Below are positions 51,285-64,000 of a DNA stretch of 64,000 nt, piece by piece; the first letter of the stretch is position 1; every line of letters begins with the position of its first letter. Location of the stretch: the NCBI RefSeq assembly GCF_000497125.1, contig NC_090598.1, positions 1,612,001-1,676,000 of the forward strand, written 5' to 3'. Source of the DNA: Spironucleus salmonicida. Lineage: Eukaryota. Under the pieces are notes generated by a model that did no database searches, was not told where the DNA came from, and saw nothing but the letters and a program-made list of their open reading frames with translations. A program made the translations under genes and the position numbers.

Positions 51285-51911
51285 ATGAATCCTCTAGATT
51301 TTATGAATCCTTTTTCAGGGTAGATTAAATAATTTGAAAAAGCTGCATCAGATATTTAAAAGTCTTAATTTTATGAAGTTTTTTACCCATTTTTCAATGT
51401 AACACCGATATCACTCATTCGTAGACTATCATTACTATTTATGCCCATGTTTTCATATCCAAAGCGTTCTGCTGGGCTAGAGTTAGACTTATATTTACCA
51501 CTACTGTCATATTTTTTGTCGGTTTTATTATTTGGTACTAAGTAAACTCTTGAAATTTAATAATTTGACTTCAGTTACGTTACTAAAAGAGCATTGTTGA
51601 TAATGTTAGTATGGGTGGGGTTTACCATGATTTACTTTTTAATATTTCAATCAGCATAATTATAAATAACAATTTTAGAAATTGCTTCTATCTTAGGATA
51701 TTCTATAACTTTATCTCTCCTTGATTTCCCAATTATAAAGTTTTATGCATTTATTTCAACAGCTGTACATGCGGTGAAAGAAGGTGTAAGAATTGTAAAG
51801 AAGGCATAAGACTCTGCATTAGTGGATGCAAAATAAATTACAATGTGGAATTGGATAGTTATGTCATTTATCATTAGCTCAATTATATTTTGCTGGTTAT
51901 GTATGTGGTGA
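51285..51911 (+). CDS. YIF1: YIF1/Hrf1-family ER-Golgi membrane protein, 208 aa
   Basis: PFFNVTPISLIRRLSLLFMP, LDLYLPLLSYF, several TMs. Confidence 0.7.
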
Positions 51912-52760
51912 TTCAATTGTTTTAATATAATTTTCAATTGTATTAATGGATTGTCCAAGCGAAAAATATCTGTTCTCAAAAAATATTTTATCTTTAATAA
52001 CTCGATAGCAATAAATTGGGCCAGATTAAAAGGTTTCTTATACTGAAAGTATTGTATTAGTCAAAAGATTTACTATTTCAACTTATTTAACATAACCATC
52101 TTAATTAATACCTCCAATAATAACAACAAAGAATTTTTATATAACTGCTACAGCAAAAAACGCTCTTTCTACTAGTTATATCTATAGTGAAGCAGTTTCT
52201 GGATATATTATATAACTAAGTTTATTAAATTCAAGAGAGTTTTAGGATTTACTATTTAATAAATTATTTAAATCTTTAAGTGATGTCTATGTAGTTGATA
52301 CACCACCAAATGAAACTAACATAGATGAAATTGAGATTATCTAATTTCCAATTATATTTACTGATGGATTAATTTTAATATAATTATTCAGAACATCATA
52401 AATTATGAGTTATGAAGATGGTAGTAATATCGAACCGTAGGCTTATAATCCACCTTGAACATAAACAATGCTGTATCTTTCTGATAAAGCTGGAAACAAA
52501 AGAGGAATCGGCAATTTAAATAGAATATTACTATTTTCTAGAATTTAGCTATGAATATTTTATAGCTTTGAAATTTTATGTAAATTATATTCGGTAGTTA
52601 CACCTAAAGAAATAATATTATTCTACTATATATGAAATTAATTATGAAATTAATGTTTATATGGTATTGGCTAAGTAAATCGATCTGCTATTAAAAACTT
52701 AGGAATCTTTTCACAAAGTATAAACTTTTATTTATCCTTAATAATAGGGATCATATTCAT
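51879..52760 (-). CDS. Kelch-repeat-like protein, 293 aa
   Basis: IVYVQGG...LIIYD; LVSFGG; RAFFAVAVIQKFFVVIIGGINQDGYVKQVEIVN. No in-frame TGA until 51879-51881. Confidence 0.7.
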
Positions 52761-52857
52761 AAACTATATTTTTATTATATAATATTCATATTATACACAT
52801 ATAAATTTTAGTAAATATAATAAACTTACAAATATATATAATAAATTTTTATTAAAA

Positions 52858-53181
52858 ATGGAGCTTTAGCAACATTAGCAACAGTCAGCGGCCTTTATGG
52901 AAGAATGCGAAAAATTAAAAGATGATATTGAAGATTCTGTTTAAAAATATGATGAAATGCATAAAAATATTCATAAGTTTGAAAAGAAATTAGTTCAATT
53001 AAGGGCAAATGCGCAAAATGCAGTTGTAACCAAGATGCAAGGTAAGATGTGCTTAGTAGTAAATAAGTCAAACTCTCTTATTTTTTAATTCTCGCTTTTC
53101 TTAAATATTGTCCTTGTTGGTGTATTGGTAATTCTTGGTATTTATACGGTATTTAATTAAGCAGAAAGCTATTACACATGA
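52858..53181 (+). CDS. small coiled-coil protein with C-terminal TM (SNARE-like, tail-anchored), 107 aa
   Basis: Heptad-rich N-terminus, then FSLFLNIVLVGVLVILGIYTVF close to the stop. Confidence 0.6.
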
Positions 53182-53197
53182 TACTTTTATATTTCAC

Positions 53198-54280
53198 TCA
53201 TAATTAAGTAAAGAAATACTAACCATACTATTCACAAATAATAAATACATCTTAATCATACGTTAACAACTAAATAATAATAAAATTATCAGCACTTAGT
53301 ATAATATTTTTTAATGTTAACTACATCTTTACACTCTGGGACTCTTTATTTCTGATAAGGTCATCAATCAAGTCAGTAAAATGAGAAAATAAGAATTTCT
53401 CAATTTGATTCAATGAAATTAAACCATCAAAATAATTTAAGGCAGAATTTAATAAATGTGCAAATAGCTATTTTCGATCATTTAAACTTTGATACATTTA
53501 TATATACGAAATTCGATTACGTAATAATTATCTTTTATAAAAATCTAGTAATTAAAGCTCCTAGTTAGTATAACTTGATTATTAAATATTTGTTATATGT
53601 TGTAATTCACAGAATTATATTTATTTTTAATTATAAAAAAGTAAATACTGTTGATAAATTATACATAACCGCTCATCAATCTGTAGAAGTCTGGTTTATT
53701 TATTTAACAGATTATATGAATAAACTATATTTTAATTTTTAAATAATATCAAATTATCTACTATTGATAATATTTACTACATGTCAACATTATGCACCTC
53801 GATAATATTAAACTGAGGTAAATACACGCTTAGCTACCTGTTCTCAATTCGAGCAAAAATGTTTTCAGAAATTTTGATTGGCCATACTTTTTAAACCTAT
53901 ATTACTTCTCCAGTCGTAAAATTAATTTAATATACGTCTTTAAATGATTAGATTTAAACTATTAGATGTTCTATAAAAATAATTCTGCTTTCATTAAAAA
54001 TAGAAAAATTAGTTAATTTTATTACAAATACAATTTATGATGGCACACTATAAGCAATTATTTTAGAGTTAGTTAAAATATAAATAAAACGTTCATGAAA
54101 TATTGCTGAAATTCCATCATTATACTCTAACAACTAAATTGACTATATATTTTCACATATCTCCGAGTATAGTAAATGTTTATATTTTACTAATTTATTA
54201 TTCTCCACTGAATAAATATAACAATCGTCTTTGCAGATAAATAAGGGATTGCCTAAATACCTTACTTAGGTACATATCAT
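53198..54280 (-). CDS. hypothetical protein, 360 aa
   Basis: Frame checked free of TGA from ATG 54280 to 53198-53200. No family recognised. Confidence 0.6.
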
Positions 54281-54318
54281 CAATATAAATATATAGTGTT
54301 TTATTATATAATATACAA

Positions 54319-54903
54319 TCATTGCATATAAGAAGTTTCCAAACCTTCTTAACCAGTTAAGTCATTGAAAGCCTACTACATCAAATCTTAAGTGCAAGAT
54401 ATAAAAATAACTTCTTCTTAGATACTAACACTGTAATCTTTTTAAATTTCCCTAATAATAAAAGAATAACTCTATTTTAAGCATTATAGCGCTCTTTTCT
54501 CATAACCATCAGGTGGTAAAAATCTATGTTTTTCTAATCTCTTCAATAACATACAAATACGGGCTAAAGAATTTTTATCTTAAAAAACTAAATCTGATTC
54601 CCACTCTTCAATTAACTAAACTGAATCCGTATTATAAGGATTTTTCAACTTAGATATATTCAAATCTTCTTTCTTTAGTTAACTATTAGCTACAAGTATA
54701 ACATCTGAAATAAATTAACTTTAGCAAACAAATAATGGAGTATCAAATTATAATGACTATGATTAATCTGCTTTTTAAGAAAAATATGACAAAATATCAT
54801 GATAAACCGGGTTACTATTTCCTAGTCTTCTTGTTGATGATCTAGCAGACCCATTTGTATTAATTGAAGACTATGGAGATGCTGAGTCATAGTAAAAATT
54901 CAT
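54319..54903 (-). CDS. hypothetical protein, 194 aa
   Basis: Open frame ATG 54903 to TGA 54319-54321. Confidence 0.65.
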
Positions 54904-54954
54904 TTATGATATGCAATATATTACTATCCAATAATAATCATAAAATAAAATACT

Positions 54955-55563
54955 TCAGTTCCAGGGGTCTGCAAATCCTATTATAACACATTAACCATTA
55001 ATTAACTTATCTCTTATTTTACCATACTCAATCAATCGTTATACACCTTATTGTATGATATCATCATCAATATGCCCAGGTTCTAGAAACCTGCAAAATA
55101 CCTTAAATTTGTTTATTATTTCTAAAATTTATGATTTTGCATTAATAAAATCTTCCTCTACAAATGAATGCATATCAAATGACACTCGTTCTTAAATATT
55201 AGACAATACATCTTTCATAACAGTTTACTAAACTCTACCAATCTACTCAGCAAGAATTTTCTCATTGGATGATAAATTTTACTAATAAAACAAGGCTAAC
55301 CTCTCTATTTTTTCTATTCTAGCATTAATATATATTGACAATAACTAAACAATTCTGTTAGAATTAAATTAGTTTTACGGATTTTGTGGCAGATTTTTAG
55401 CAAAATTAAGTACTGCATCAATATAATTAGTATAAGGTAAAATCTCTGGACATGAAACCTCATTAGTTATTATTGAAATAAGTGCTTAATAATTTTCTTC
55501 TGAGGGTGTATAAGGCTAAATCGATTCATCAGATGACTCGTTTGACGACGATGGAAGGTTCAT
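54955..55563 (-). CDS. SLD5: GINS complex subunit Sld5 (GINS4)-like, 202 aa
   Basis: LISIITNEVSCPEILPY, RIVQLLSIYINARIEKIE, LSSNE; B-domain KVFCRF...IEYGKIRDKLINGQCVII. Confidence 0.7.
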
Positions 55564-55642
55564 TTATAGATAGTTATAAATAAATAAATAAATAATAATT
55601 CTTATTTAATAAAATTAAATTTTATTAATCATAAACCTAAAA

Positions 55643-56002
55643 TCACTCATCTACGGCATCTAATAGTATAAGTTGTTATGCGCCATGTATACTTTGCTCT
55701 GCATCAGTCTCCCTAGTTGAAGTCAGCCTATAAGATTAATATGTTGATTTTCGTATGTTCAAATTATTAAAAGACATCTCGTTGGGAGTGGTAGGTCTGT
55801 CTCTCTATTGAGTTTAAGCTAGTTTCTAAAATTCTTCTTCTAATGTATTATTCTAATCTTATATAATATGTTATTTGGCTCCTTGTTATAATATGATTGG
55901 TTAAACTTTATTTAATTCTAACTTACTATTACTATTTAAAACATGTTAAACTGGCTTGATATTATCTACTTCATCTAAAATAATATTTCCTCCACAACCC
56001 AT
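55643..56002 (-). CDS. small protein with N-terminal dual-acylation motif, 119 aa
   Basis: Starts MGCGG; stop lies in GAGTGA. Confidence 0.65.
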
Positions 56003-56667
56003 TATTTAAAGGAATTAAGAGTATATTATATATTATAGTTAACTAATTATCAAAATAAAATGACAATATTTATATATAATATAAAAAATATGAAATTATT
56101 TACTTATTATAGAGAATTAGTAAATTTAATGACTATTAAACTTATAAATATATTATTTTAAATTTGTAAAGTATTTATTTATTTTCTACTTACAGTTTGG
56201 TATATTTCCTTGGTAAAATTGTAAGGTATTACTTAAATTTGAAAGCTATAAATAATGCTAAAGTAATACTTGAAAACTTCAGTAAATTTAAATAAATTAA
56301 TTTCTCCAAGCACATTAATAATATAAAATATTGTTAAGTTTCAGGATTAGATCCAACTTCATAATAAATGAGTAGGAAGTTATTTTTAATTAAACAGTAA
56401 CTATTAATAATTATGTGTAAATTAACTATTATGTTGATTATAAATTCAAAACAGTTCTAATAAACTACACAATGTTACGATCTTAAAACTTAGATCATAT
56501 TTTAGTTATTTAGAACATAAGTTAAATGAAGCACTATATTATTAGTTTAATAATTTCTTAATATTTGCTGTAATGAGGTAGTAATCAATAAATAATCATT
56601 AATCTAAGTTAAGTTTACCATTTGTACATTATCTGTAATTATAAAAATGTAAATTCTATTTTAAACT

Positions 56668-56982
<315 letters not shown>

Positions 56983-56992
56983 TATTTGCAAA

Positions 56993-59900
56993 ATGAAAAG
57001 TAAGTCTATGATAAAATTATTAGATCCTAATTAATAAATTTCTGTAGAGAAGCTTAATAAATTCATAGAAAAATTGAAATAAAAATGCTATCTTTTATTG
57101 AATATTCTTCCATAATAAACAGAAGCAAAAAAATTATTTATTCACATTGATTAAACTTAATGTGACATTAAAATTAAAACAATATGGTTTATGGATGTAT
57201 TATGTCTATTATTTAGGGTTATATCTAAAGAAAAATCTATTACTGATATATACTCGTTATATAATATTCCGAACGATATATAAGATTTTTTCAAAATATA
57301 TCATGGTTTGCGAATTAAAGATTAATAGATGTATGAACTTACTAGATAAGCGATTGGTATCCCATAAAAGAAAATAAGAGACTTTGAATCTATTTCTTAA
57401 GCTGAATTTATGTTGTTAATCCTAGAATAATTTGCAGATTAATATTATTCTAAGAAACGAAAAAAGACATCTATAAAATTATTAGATGAACAAAATTTAC
57501 AATTAAATGACTAGATATAAAGCATTTACGAAATGTCTAAATATACAACAAATATTACCTCCTTCTAGTCATCTTAAGAAAACTTTCTTAATAAGAATAC
57601 TCACAAATGTAATAAAGATATGCATGTATTGTGTTAAGTAAAGGCATTAAACAAATATTAAACTTAATTTTAGTTTAAAAATCAACAATTTTAGTTGTTT
57701 GAAGATAAATTTAATTTTTAACTAGACTCATTAGAGGAAATATTTAACAAATAAAATTAACTTATGTAATATTAATTATAGAATGAATCTGAATTATAAC
57801 TTATTTTTCAGGATAATATTAGTTTGCTCTAAAAAGATTTAATAATAGATCACGATAATTTATTATTGCATCAAAATATTTTGTTATTATAATAATAAAA
57901 TGCTAATTTGTATTTAAAAATTAAAAGTTTAGAGCAAACAATTTCAACACTTAAACATGAATCTACTCATAATAATTAAAAAAGTATTATTAAATAAGAT
58001 ATATAAAACAACTAGCAATCTATTCAAAAAGAAACTATAATTAGTAATAAAAACATCGATATTAATATTTTTGGTATTAGAGCTTAATCATCTATTTAAT
58101 AAATAATAACAGACCATTTATCTTCTTTAAGTGATATGACTGAAGATAGTATTAACGATTTACCAATATAAAAAGCTGATATATAATTTTACTTATCTAA
58201 AACTAAATAAAATATTAAGGAATCATAGTCTTAAGTACTGTTATACTCATAAGAGCTCTCTGATATTAAAATATAAAATTAAGAGTAGCCATTGAATACA
58301 ATTTGTACTTTACATGAATAATCATTTGGAAATCTTATATAAAATATTTCAACAACGGATTCTTATATTTATAATGAAGAAATGGATTCCATGGCAACTC
58401 AGCAAAAGTAAGCAGTATAACATAGGCATTATTAAAATATCCTCAATTCTCCTTTTAAAGAAGTAAAAGATATTAATAACAGAATAATTTAATTCAGATC
58501 CACCCACGAGAGGGGAGATGAATCATGCAGATCCACCCACGAGAGGTAAGATGAACCTGGCAGATCCACCCACGAGTGGTAAGATGAACCTGGCAGATCC
58601 ACCCACGAGTGGTAAGATGAACCTGGCAGATCCACCCACGAGAGGTAAGATGAACCTGGCAGATCCACCCACGAGTGGTAAGATGAACCTGGCAGATCCA
58701 CCCACGAGTGGTAAGATGAACCTGGCAGATCCACCCACGAGAGGTAAGATGAACCTGGCAGATCCACCCACGAGTGGTAAGATGAACCTGGCAGATCCAC
58801 CCACGAGTGGTAAGATGAACCTGGCAGATCCACCCACGAGTGGTAAGATGAACCTGGCAGATCCACCCACGAGTGGTAAGATGAATCATGCAGATCCACC
58901 CACGAAAGGTAAGATGAACCTGGCAGATCCACCCACGAGTGGTAAGATGAACCTGGCAGATCCACCCACGAGTGGTAAGATGAACCTGGCAGATCCACCC
59001 ACGAGTGGTAAGATGAATCATGCAGATCCACCCACGAAAGGTAAGATGAACCTGGCAGATCCACCCACGAGTGGTAAGATGAACCTGGCAGATCCACCCA
59101 CGAAAGGTAAGATGAATCATGCAGATCCACCCACGAGTGGTAAGATGAATCATGCAGATCCACCCACGAAAGGTAAGATGAACCTGGCAGATCCACCCAC
59201 GAGTGGTAAGATGAACCTGGCAGATCCACCCACGAGAGGGGAGATGAATCATGCAGATCCACCCACGAGAGGTAAGATGAACCTGGCAGATCCACCCACG
59301 AGAGGGGAGATGAATCATGCAGATCCACCCACGAGTGGTAAGATGAACCTGGCAGATCCACCCACGAGTGGTAAGATGAACCTGGCAGATCCACCCACGA
59401 GAGGGGAGATGAATCATGCAGATCCACCCACGAGAGGTAAGATGAATCATGCAGACCCACCCACGAGTGGTAAGATGAACCTGGCAGATCCACCCACGAG
59501 AGGGGAGATGAATCATGCAGATCCACCCACGAGAGGTAAGATGAATCATGCAGATCCACCCACGAGTGGTAAGATGAACCTGGCAGATCCACCCACGAGA
59601 GGGGAGATGAATCATGCAGATCCACCCACGAGTGGTAAGATGAACCTGGCAGATCCACCCACGAGAGGTAAGATGAATCATGCAGATCCACCCACGAAAG
59701 GTAAGATGAATCATGCAGATCCACCCACGAGTGGTAAGATGAATCATGCAGATCCACCCACGAAAGGTAAGACGAATCATAAGCATAGACAAATAAGTTA
59801 CTTTTATCATAAAGATTTAAATTTTAAAATTATATTACAAATTTTAAGTAAGAATCTAATAGATAATACTAAGATTTGTACAATAATTTTAAGAAGTTCA

Positions 59901-60556
59901 AGGATTTTGCTTAGTCAAAGCTAGTCAAGGCAAAATAAATGTACATTTCCGCATTTGAGACTAGCTAAAAATCATAGCATATTTGTTCCAGTTTGCTACT
60001 TGAAAATAGCCAGCAAAATAACTAAGTACTTGGATATATCATGAAAATTTAAGATCTTAATTTTCAGATATAATAAATTTCCGCAGATTAATAGCTTTTA
60101 GAATAAGCATTTAGACATGCATTATCAGCATATAAAGTGTAAAATATATAAAATTAGGAATAAAAATACTACATTTCCGTATCAGTTTAAGCTGGTGATC
60201 ATTTAGCTTTTCATGAGGACTCATATGATGTTCTAGGTGGTATTATTACCAAATAATAAAAGTTAATTCAATTTGATTAAACAACTAATACTAATTTTGA
60301 AAATTTCTAGGGCTAAAAACTAGATAATAATATTATTTATAGTTTTAACCAATTACTAGAGAAATATGAAGAATTAAATAAGGTTAATAAACTATAATAA
60401 TAACTAATTAGTATTTAATAATAATTAACTTAAGAGAAATGTAAATCACTAAGGTTTTAACAATAATCTAATGTATATAAATCAGAATTATATAATAGTT
60501 AGATAAAATTATCTGATATGGATTAATCTGGTTTAAAGTTAAGTTATGTAAAGTGA
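56993..60556 (+). CDS. large Gln-rich hypothetical protein with 39 x 11-aa internal repeats, ~1187 aa
   Basis: ATG 56993 to AAGTGAA 60554-60556. This frame reads the array as RSTHE(W/R)(Q/G)DE(PG/SC) and continues on both sides. Confidence 0.75.
58496..59779 (+). repeat. coding minisatellite, 33-bp unit x ~39, GC-rich
   Basis: AGATCCACCCACGA(G/A)(T/A)GG(TA/GG)AGATGAA(CCTGGC/TCATGC). First unit at 58496, last at 59750. Confidence 0.97.
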
Positions 60557-60589
60557 ATAATAATATTTATAATTATATTATTAATATAT

Positions 60590-62014
60590 TCAATATTAAT
60601 CTCCGTCTAAACTAAGCCTCAAATCTTTTATTTCATGTTTATCACAATAAGTATCAATTGAAGTTTCTGATATACTTACATCCTAAATGTCATAGTCTAG
60701 ACAGCTATCTTAATTAATATTTAATAAACTGGTGCTAAAATCTGTGGTAATTGTCTACAATTCCTTATGTTAATTAAATATTAATTGAGTTTAATCAATT
60801 AGATTAATAATAATTTGCTATTTTCCTTCATCACACAAATAGCGCCAATCCTCAATATTTAATTGTTTAACATTATTTTGAATACTAGCATACTTTTTGC
60901 ATCTTTAACAAAATTTTTTAAACAAATATCCACAATTACATTTTAATATAACAAATTCCTAATATTTCGCCTTAAAATATGCAGATAAAAAATTATCAGC
61001 ATCTTATTCTAATTTAAATATAAGTTTTAATTTATCACATGTTATTTCTTTCTTCTTAGATCTAATAATATTTAACTTATTTAAACATAAACTAATATCT
61101 AGTTTTATTTTGCAATATGATGTTAAAATTATCTCTTATTTTTTTTTAAATGGCTCTTTCTTAAGAATACAGTTAAATAAGACTCGTTCTCCTGGTTCTA
61201 GCTTATTATAATAATTAGTTGTCCAAATTCTTTCTTAAAGATTTTATGAGAACAAATTATTTTAATCCCCTAACTTTAATTCCATTGATTCTTATATATA
61301 TGGGATATTTAATTAAGTCATATTGATTTTAGAACAATTAAATAATGGATCTTTTAAAGCATGTTTAAAATTAATAATTATTTCTGACTAATTAGGATAT
61401 ATTAGTGAATCAATAAATTATTAAAGTTATTAATCTTAAATAATGAATTTTTTATCGAACTATCCAGTTAACATAAATATTAATATTCCAGTTATTGCAT
61501 AGATATCAATAATCTAAGCCTAACAACGAGCTATAGGTTAATATAATAAATTACCTACTAGATTATTTTCAGTATTATGTTTTTAACAGTATGATCCAAA
61601 ATCACAAAGTTTAAAATATCCATTTCTAGATAATATAAAATTTTATGGTTTGATATCCCGGTGTGCTAGCCCTTATTTATGTAAGTACTAAACACATCTA
61701 AGTAATTGTGAAAATATCTTAGATGCATTTGATTATGAAAGTGGCCCAAATATATTTATAAATTAGAATAAGTCACAAATACCTAGTTCTAATAATAACT
61801 AAGTGTCAGTTGACCCAATACGATTTACAAAAAATTGAGGATTATTATTTGTTTTGTAAAAAAGTATTTCATTATTTACTTCTGGTTCATTAATCATATG
61901 TTTGAAATCCTTAATAGCTATAATATATTTGCTAAATATTAAGGCAGAATATATTTTGCTAAAAGATCCTTACCCAATTTAAGTGATTATTGTAATAAAT
62001 GATTTTAAATTCAT
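60590..62014 (-). CDS. divergent Ser/Thr kinase, possibly PDK1-like (PH-like C-terminus), 474 aa
   Basis: IGQGSFSKIY, IAIK, HRDIKPQN, LCDFGS, VGNLLYQP (no APE), DIYA. The subfamily is an inference. Confidence 0.8.
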
Positions 62015-62880
62015 TTTAAAAGTATATAATTAATATACATAGTAAAGCTATATAATATTAGTATTAGTAGTTTCAATTTCGAAGTTTCACTTTCTATGAA
62101 TTTCTAGACTAAATCCAGAGTAAATATATTGTTTTATTTATAATTAGGATTAACATTTTTAAGCATCTAATATTTGTTTTAATGGTTTCGTACTATGAAT
62201 AAATTTGTATTAATATACATAATTAAAATTTACTATATAATATCTTTATAATTTACGCTGCATAATACTTCTAGATCTTATAAAACTTCTAGGAGTGGAA
62301 TACGGAATAGTAGCTCTATTAATAAACAAGCATAAATTCATAACTTTGTTAATGATAAAATTCAATTAAATTTAAGTGAAATAAATTTCTAGTGGATTAT
62401 ATTACATTAGGCTTATAATTAAAAGTTATATTTAACGACATAATTATGTAATAGTTACTACCTATAAATCCAAAGAAAACACATACTCATTACTTATTAT
62501 AGCATATTTTCATAAAAATAATTGCTTAAATCTAATAATATTATATAATACGTGTAGTTTCATAAATAATATGCCAAGCAATATATAAATATAATTTTAT
62601 AACTATATTTAGTCTTATTAACTTATTAGTTGCTTTATATAATCATAATTTTATATGATTCAGAAATATTTTTATTGTTTATAATAAATTATGTAAAGTA
62701 TAAACAATGGTGATTCTGTTTATTATTTATATAGTGTTCTACTATTTTATTTAAATTTATGTACTAAACTTAAAAATAAATTACATCTGATGAGAATGAA
62801 ATCTATATGTTATAAAAATACTATTATTTAAGTATAAATTGTTGTATTTATATGCTTACAAATCTTATATAAAAATTTGA

Positions 62881-63678
62881 TCACTAAAATTAGTTAAGTT
62901 AACGCTCTAAACCATAAACCAAGCAACTATAGCTAAGTAATTTTTTTAAAAAAACTTCTAGATCTATAAGCTCATTATCAGACTGACCCTCAAATTCATT
63001 GACTGGAAGGCAATTATCATATTAAAAAGCACAAGAGATATAATTATCATCAATAAGTATAGTATTTTTAAGATCTCTTCCTAGAACTCTAAGATCTTTA
63101 ATATATGCTCCTTTTAAGTGTGTACATGCGGCTCGAGATAATGCTTATAGCGGTTATTTAATAAATTATTATATATACGTGACTCTATTTCTAACATATT
63201 AATTTTCTCCAGCACTCCAAATTATAATCTCAAAGTATTTATCTAGAAATATAAGAAATTCAGGCAAGAAATTGCGGTACGAAGTATATAATCCATCACT
63301 ATATTAGATATTAATACATGAGGTATTTTAAGGCAAGCTAGTTGAATATAAAATTGTTTTATCTAGATCTAATACAATAGTTGGATGCTTCATTAATTAT
63401 GGCGAAAGTAATGGCGTAATTCTATGGATTTATTTAATTTTAATGAACTTATTCGTAAATAGTGCTCTGTATTTTAAGATTGTTTCTTATTGTTATGATT
63501 TAGTTGGCTTTTAAATCTCTAAATAGCTATATACCATTTTATAATATTTATCCTTATTTTTAATATTCATTATTTATTTAAATCTATCTTATTGAAGTAT
63601 AGTATTTGAATTGTCTGATGGGGATTCATTATCCCTAAATAATATTAGTTCCTTGAACCTTAATTATTTTTTATTCAT
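62881..63678 (-). CDS. FCP1/SCP-like (NIF domain) HAD phosphatase, 265 aa
   Basis: PTIVLDLDKTIL, FEIIIWSAG, YIKDLRVLGRDLKNTILIDDN, NCLPVNEFEGQSDNEL. Confidence 0.9.
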
Positions 63679-63732
63679 TTTATATAAGTATATTAATATA
63701 TATAATTAATAATCTATCTACATTCTAAATCA

Positions 63733-64000
63733 ATGTAGCTTACAGAAATTGCCACAATTCCGCCCGGGGCATAACTATGGTCTCCGTCAGTCATGACAAC
63801 GACTTAAAAATTTTTTATTTATGCATCAACTCATTCAATTTATATTTACTAGAGATCTCCTATTATTATTTTCGTTCGGGCTATTTCTTTGAATAATGCT
63901 ATTATTTGTGCTATGACTGCAAATGAAAAACATATTGTTGCTGCTGGAAATGATAAAAAAGTTTATTTTTATGATATTTAAACTTTTGAACCTATCAGAG
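63733..64000 (+). CDS. WD40-repeat protein, WDR17-like, 5' part only (runs off the window)
   Basis: IPPGAQLWSPSVMTTTQKFFIYASTHSIYIYQ resembles the WDR17 N-terminus; IVAAGNDKKVYFYD is a WD-type strand. Confidence 0.6.

Noticed and set aside
51946-52458. Plus-strand ATG-TGA frame of 170 aa
   Set aside because: It lies inside the minus-strand ORF with clear Kelch GG motifs and has no recognisable features itself.
58489-59924. Track ORFs over the 33-bp array (MNHADPPT..., WVDLPGSS..., RGWICQ..., VGGSARF...) and a CRISPR reading
   Set aside because: These are shadow frames of the repeat. The frame continuous with the flanking gene is RSTHE.QDE.., hidden by TAA=Gln. There are no spacers.
62050-62880. 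Possible gene(s) between the kinase and the phosphatase
   Set aside because: Frames are open on both strands, but the region is extremely AT-rich with no motif, and I could not decide strand or start.

Overview
This is AT-rich, gene-dense eukaryotic DNA that uses the Hexamita/ciliate nuclear code: TAA and TAG encode Gln, and TGA is the only stop. The supplied standard-code ORF track therefore shows only fragments and shadow frames. I saw no introns. The code, the very short intergenic spacers, the frequent AGTGA at stop codons, an [FeFe]-hydrogenase and a 'protein 21.1'-type ankyrin gene point to a hexamitid diplomonad such as Spironucleus (inference). Retranslated by hand, the window holds about 47 CDS and one tRNA-Thr(CGT). 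Recognisable products include two tandem CDC50/LEM3 genes, a bromodomain protein, an AMPK/SNF1-like kinase, a RAD26/ERCC6-like helicase, CFAP58, an [FeFe]-hydrogenase, a transglutaminase-like protein, a sphingomyelinase-like EEP enzyme and an AZUL-HECT E3 ligase. Further along are a Myb protein, CEP164, SNM1, an MFS transporter, an Air-like zinc-knuckle protein, a GT3 glycogen synthase homologue, TRM6, IQUB, PUS10, YIF1, a Kelch protein, SLD5, a PDK1-like kinase, an FCP/SCP phosphatase and the start of a WDR17-like gene. Five things stand out. (1) The 3' two-thirds of TRM6 (979 bp) is duplicated 16,246 bp away, and GC content roughly doubles exactly at the duplication boundary; both coding tandem repeats are GC-rich too. 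(2) The only difference I found between the two copies is a flipped 23-bp quasi-palindrome that changes three codons and creates or destroys a CxxC. (3) The glycogen synthase homologue has lost several catalytic residues. (4) Two short upstream motifs appear to sort with gene function (RNA metabolism versus flagellar). (5) A (TAA)104 tract is in frame with the downstream gene. Family calls are by eye from remembered motifs, with no database search, and starts of the hypothetical genes are provisional.
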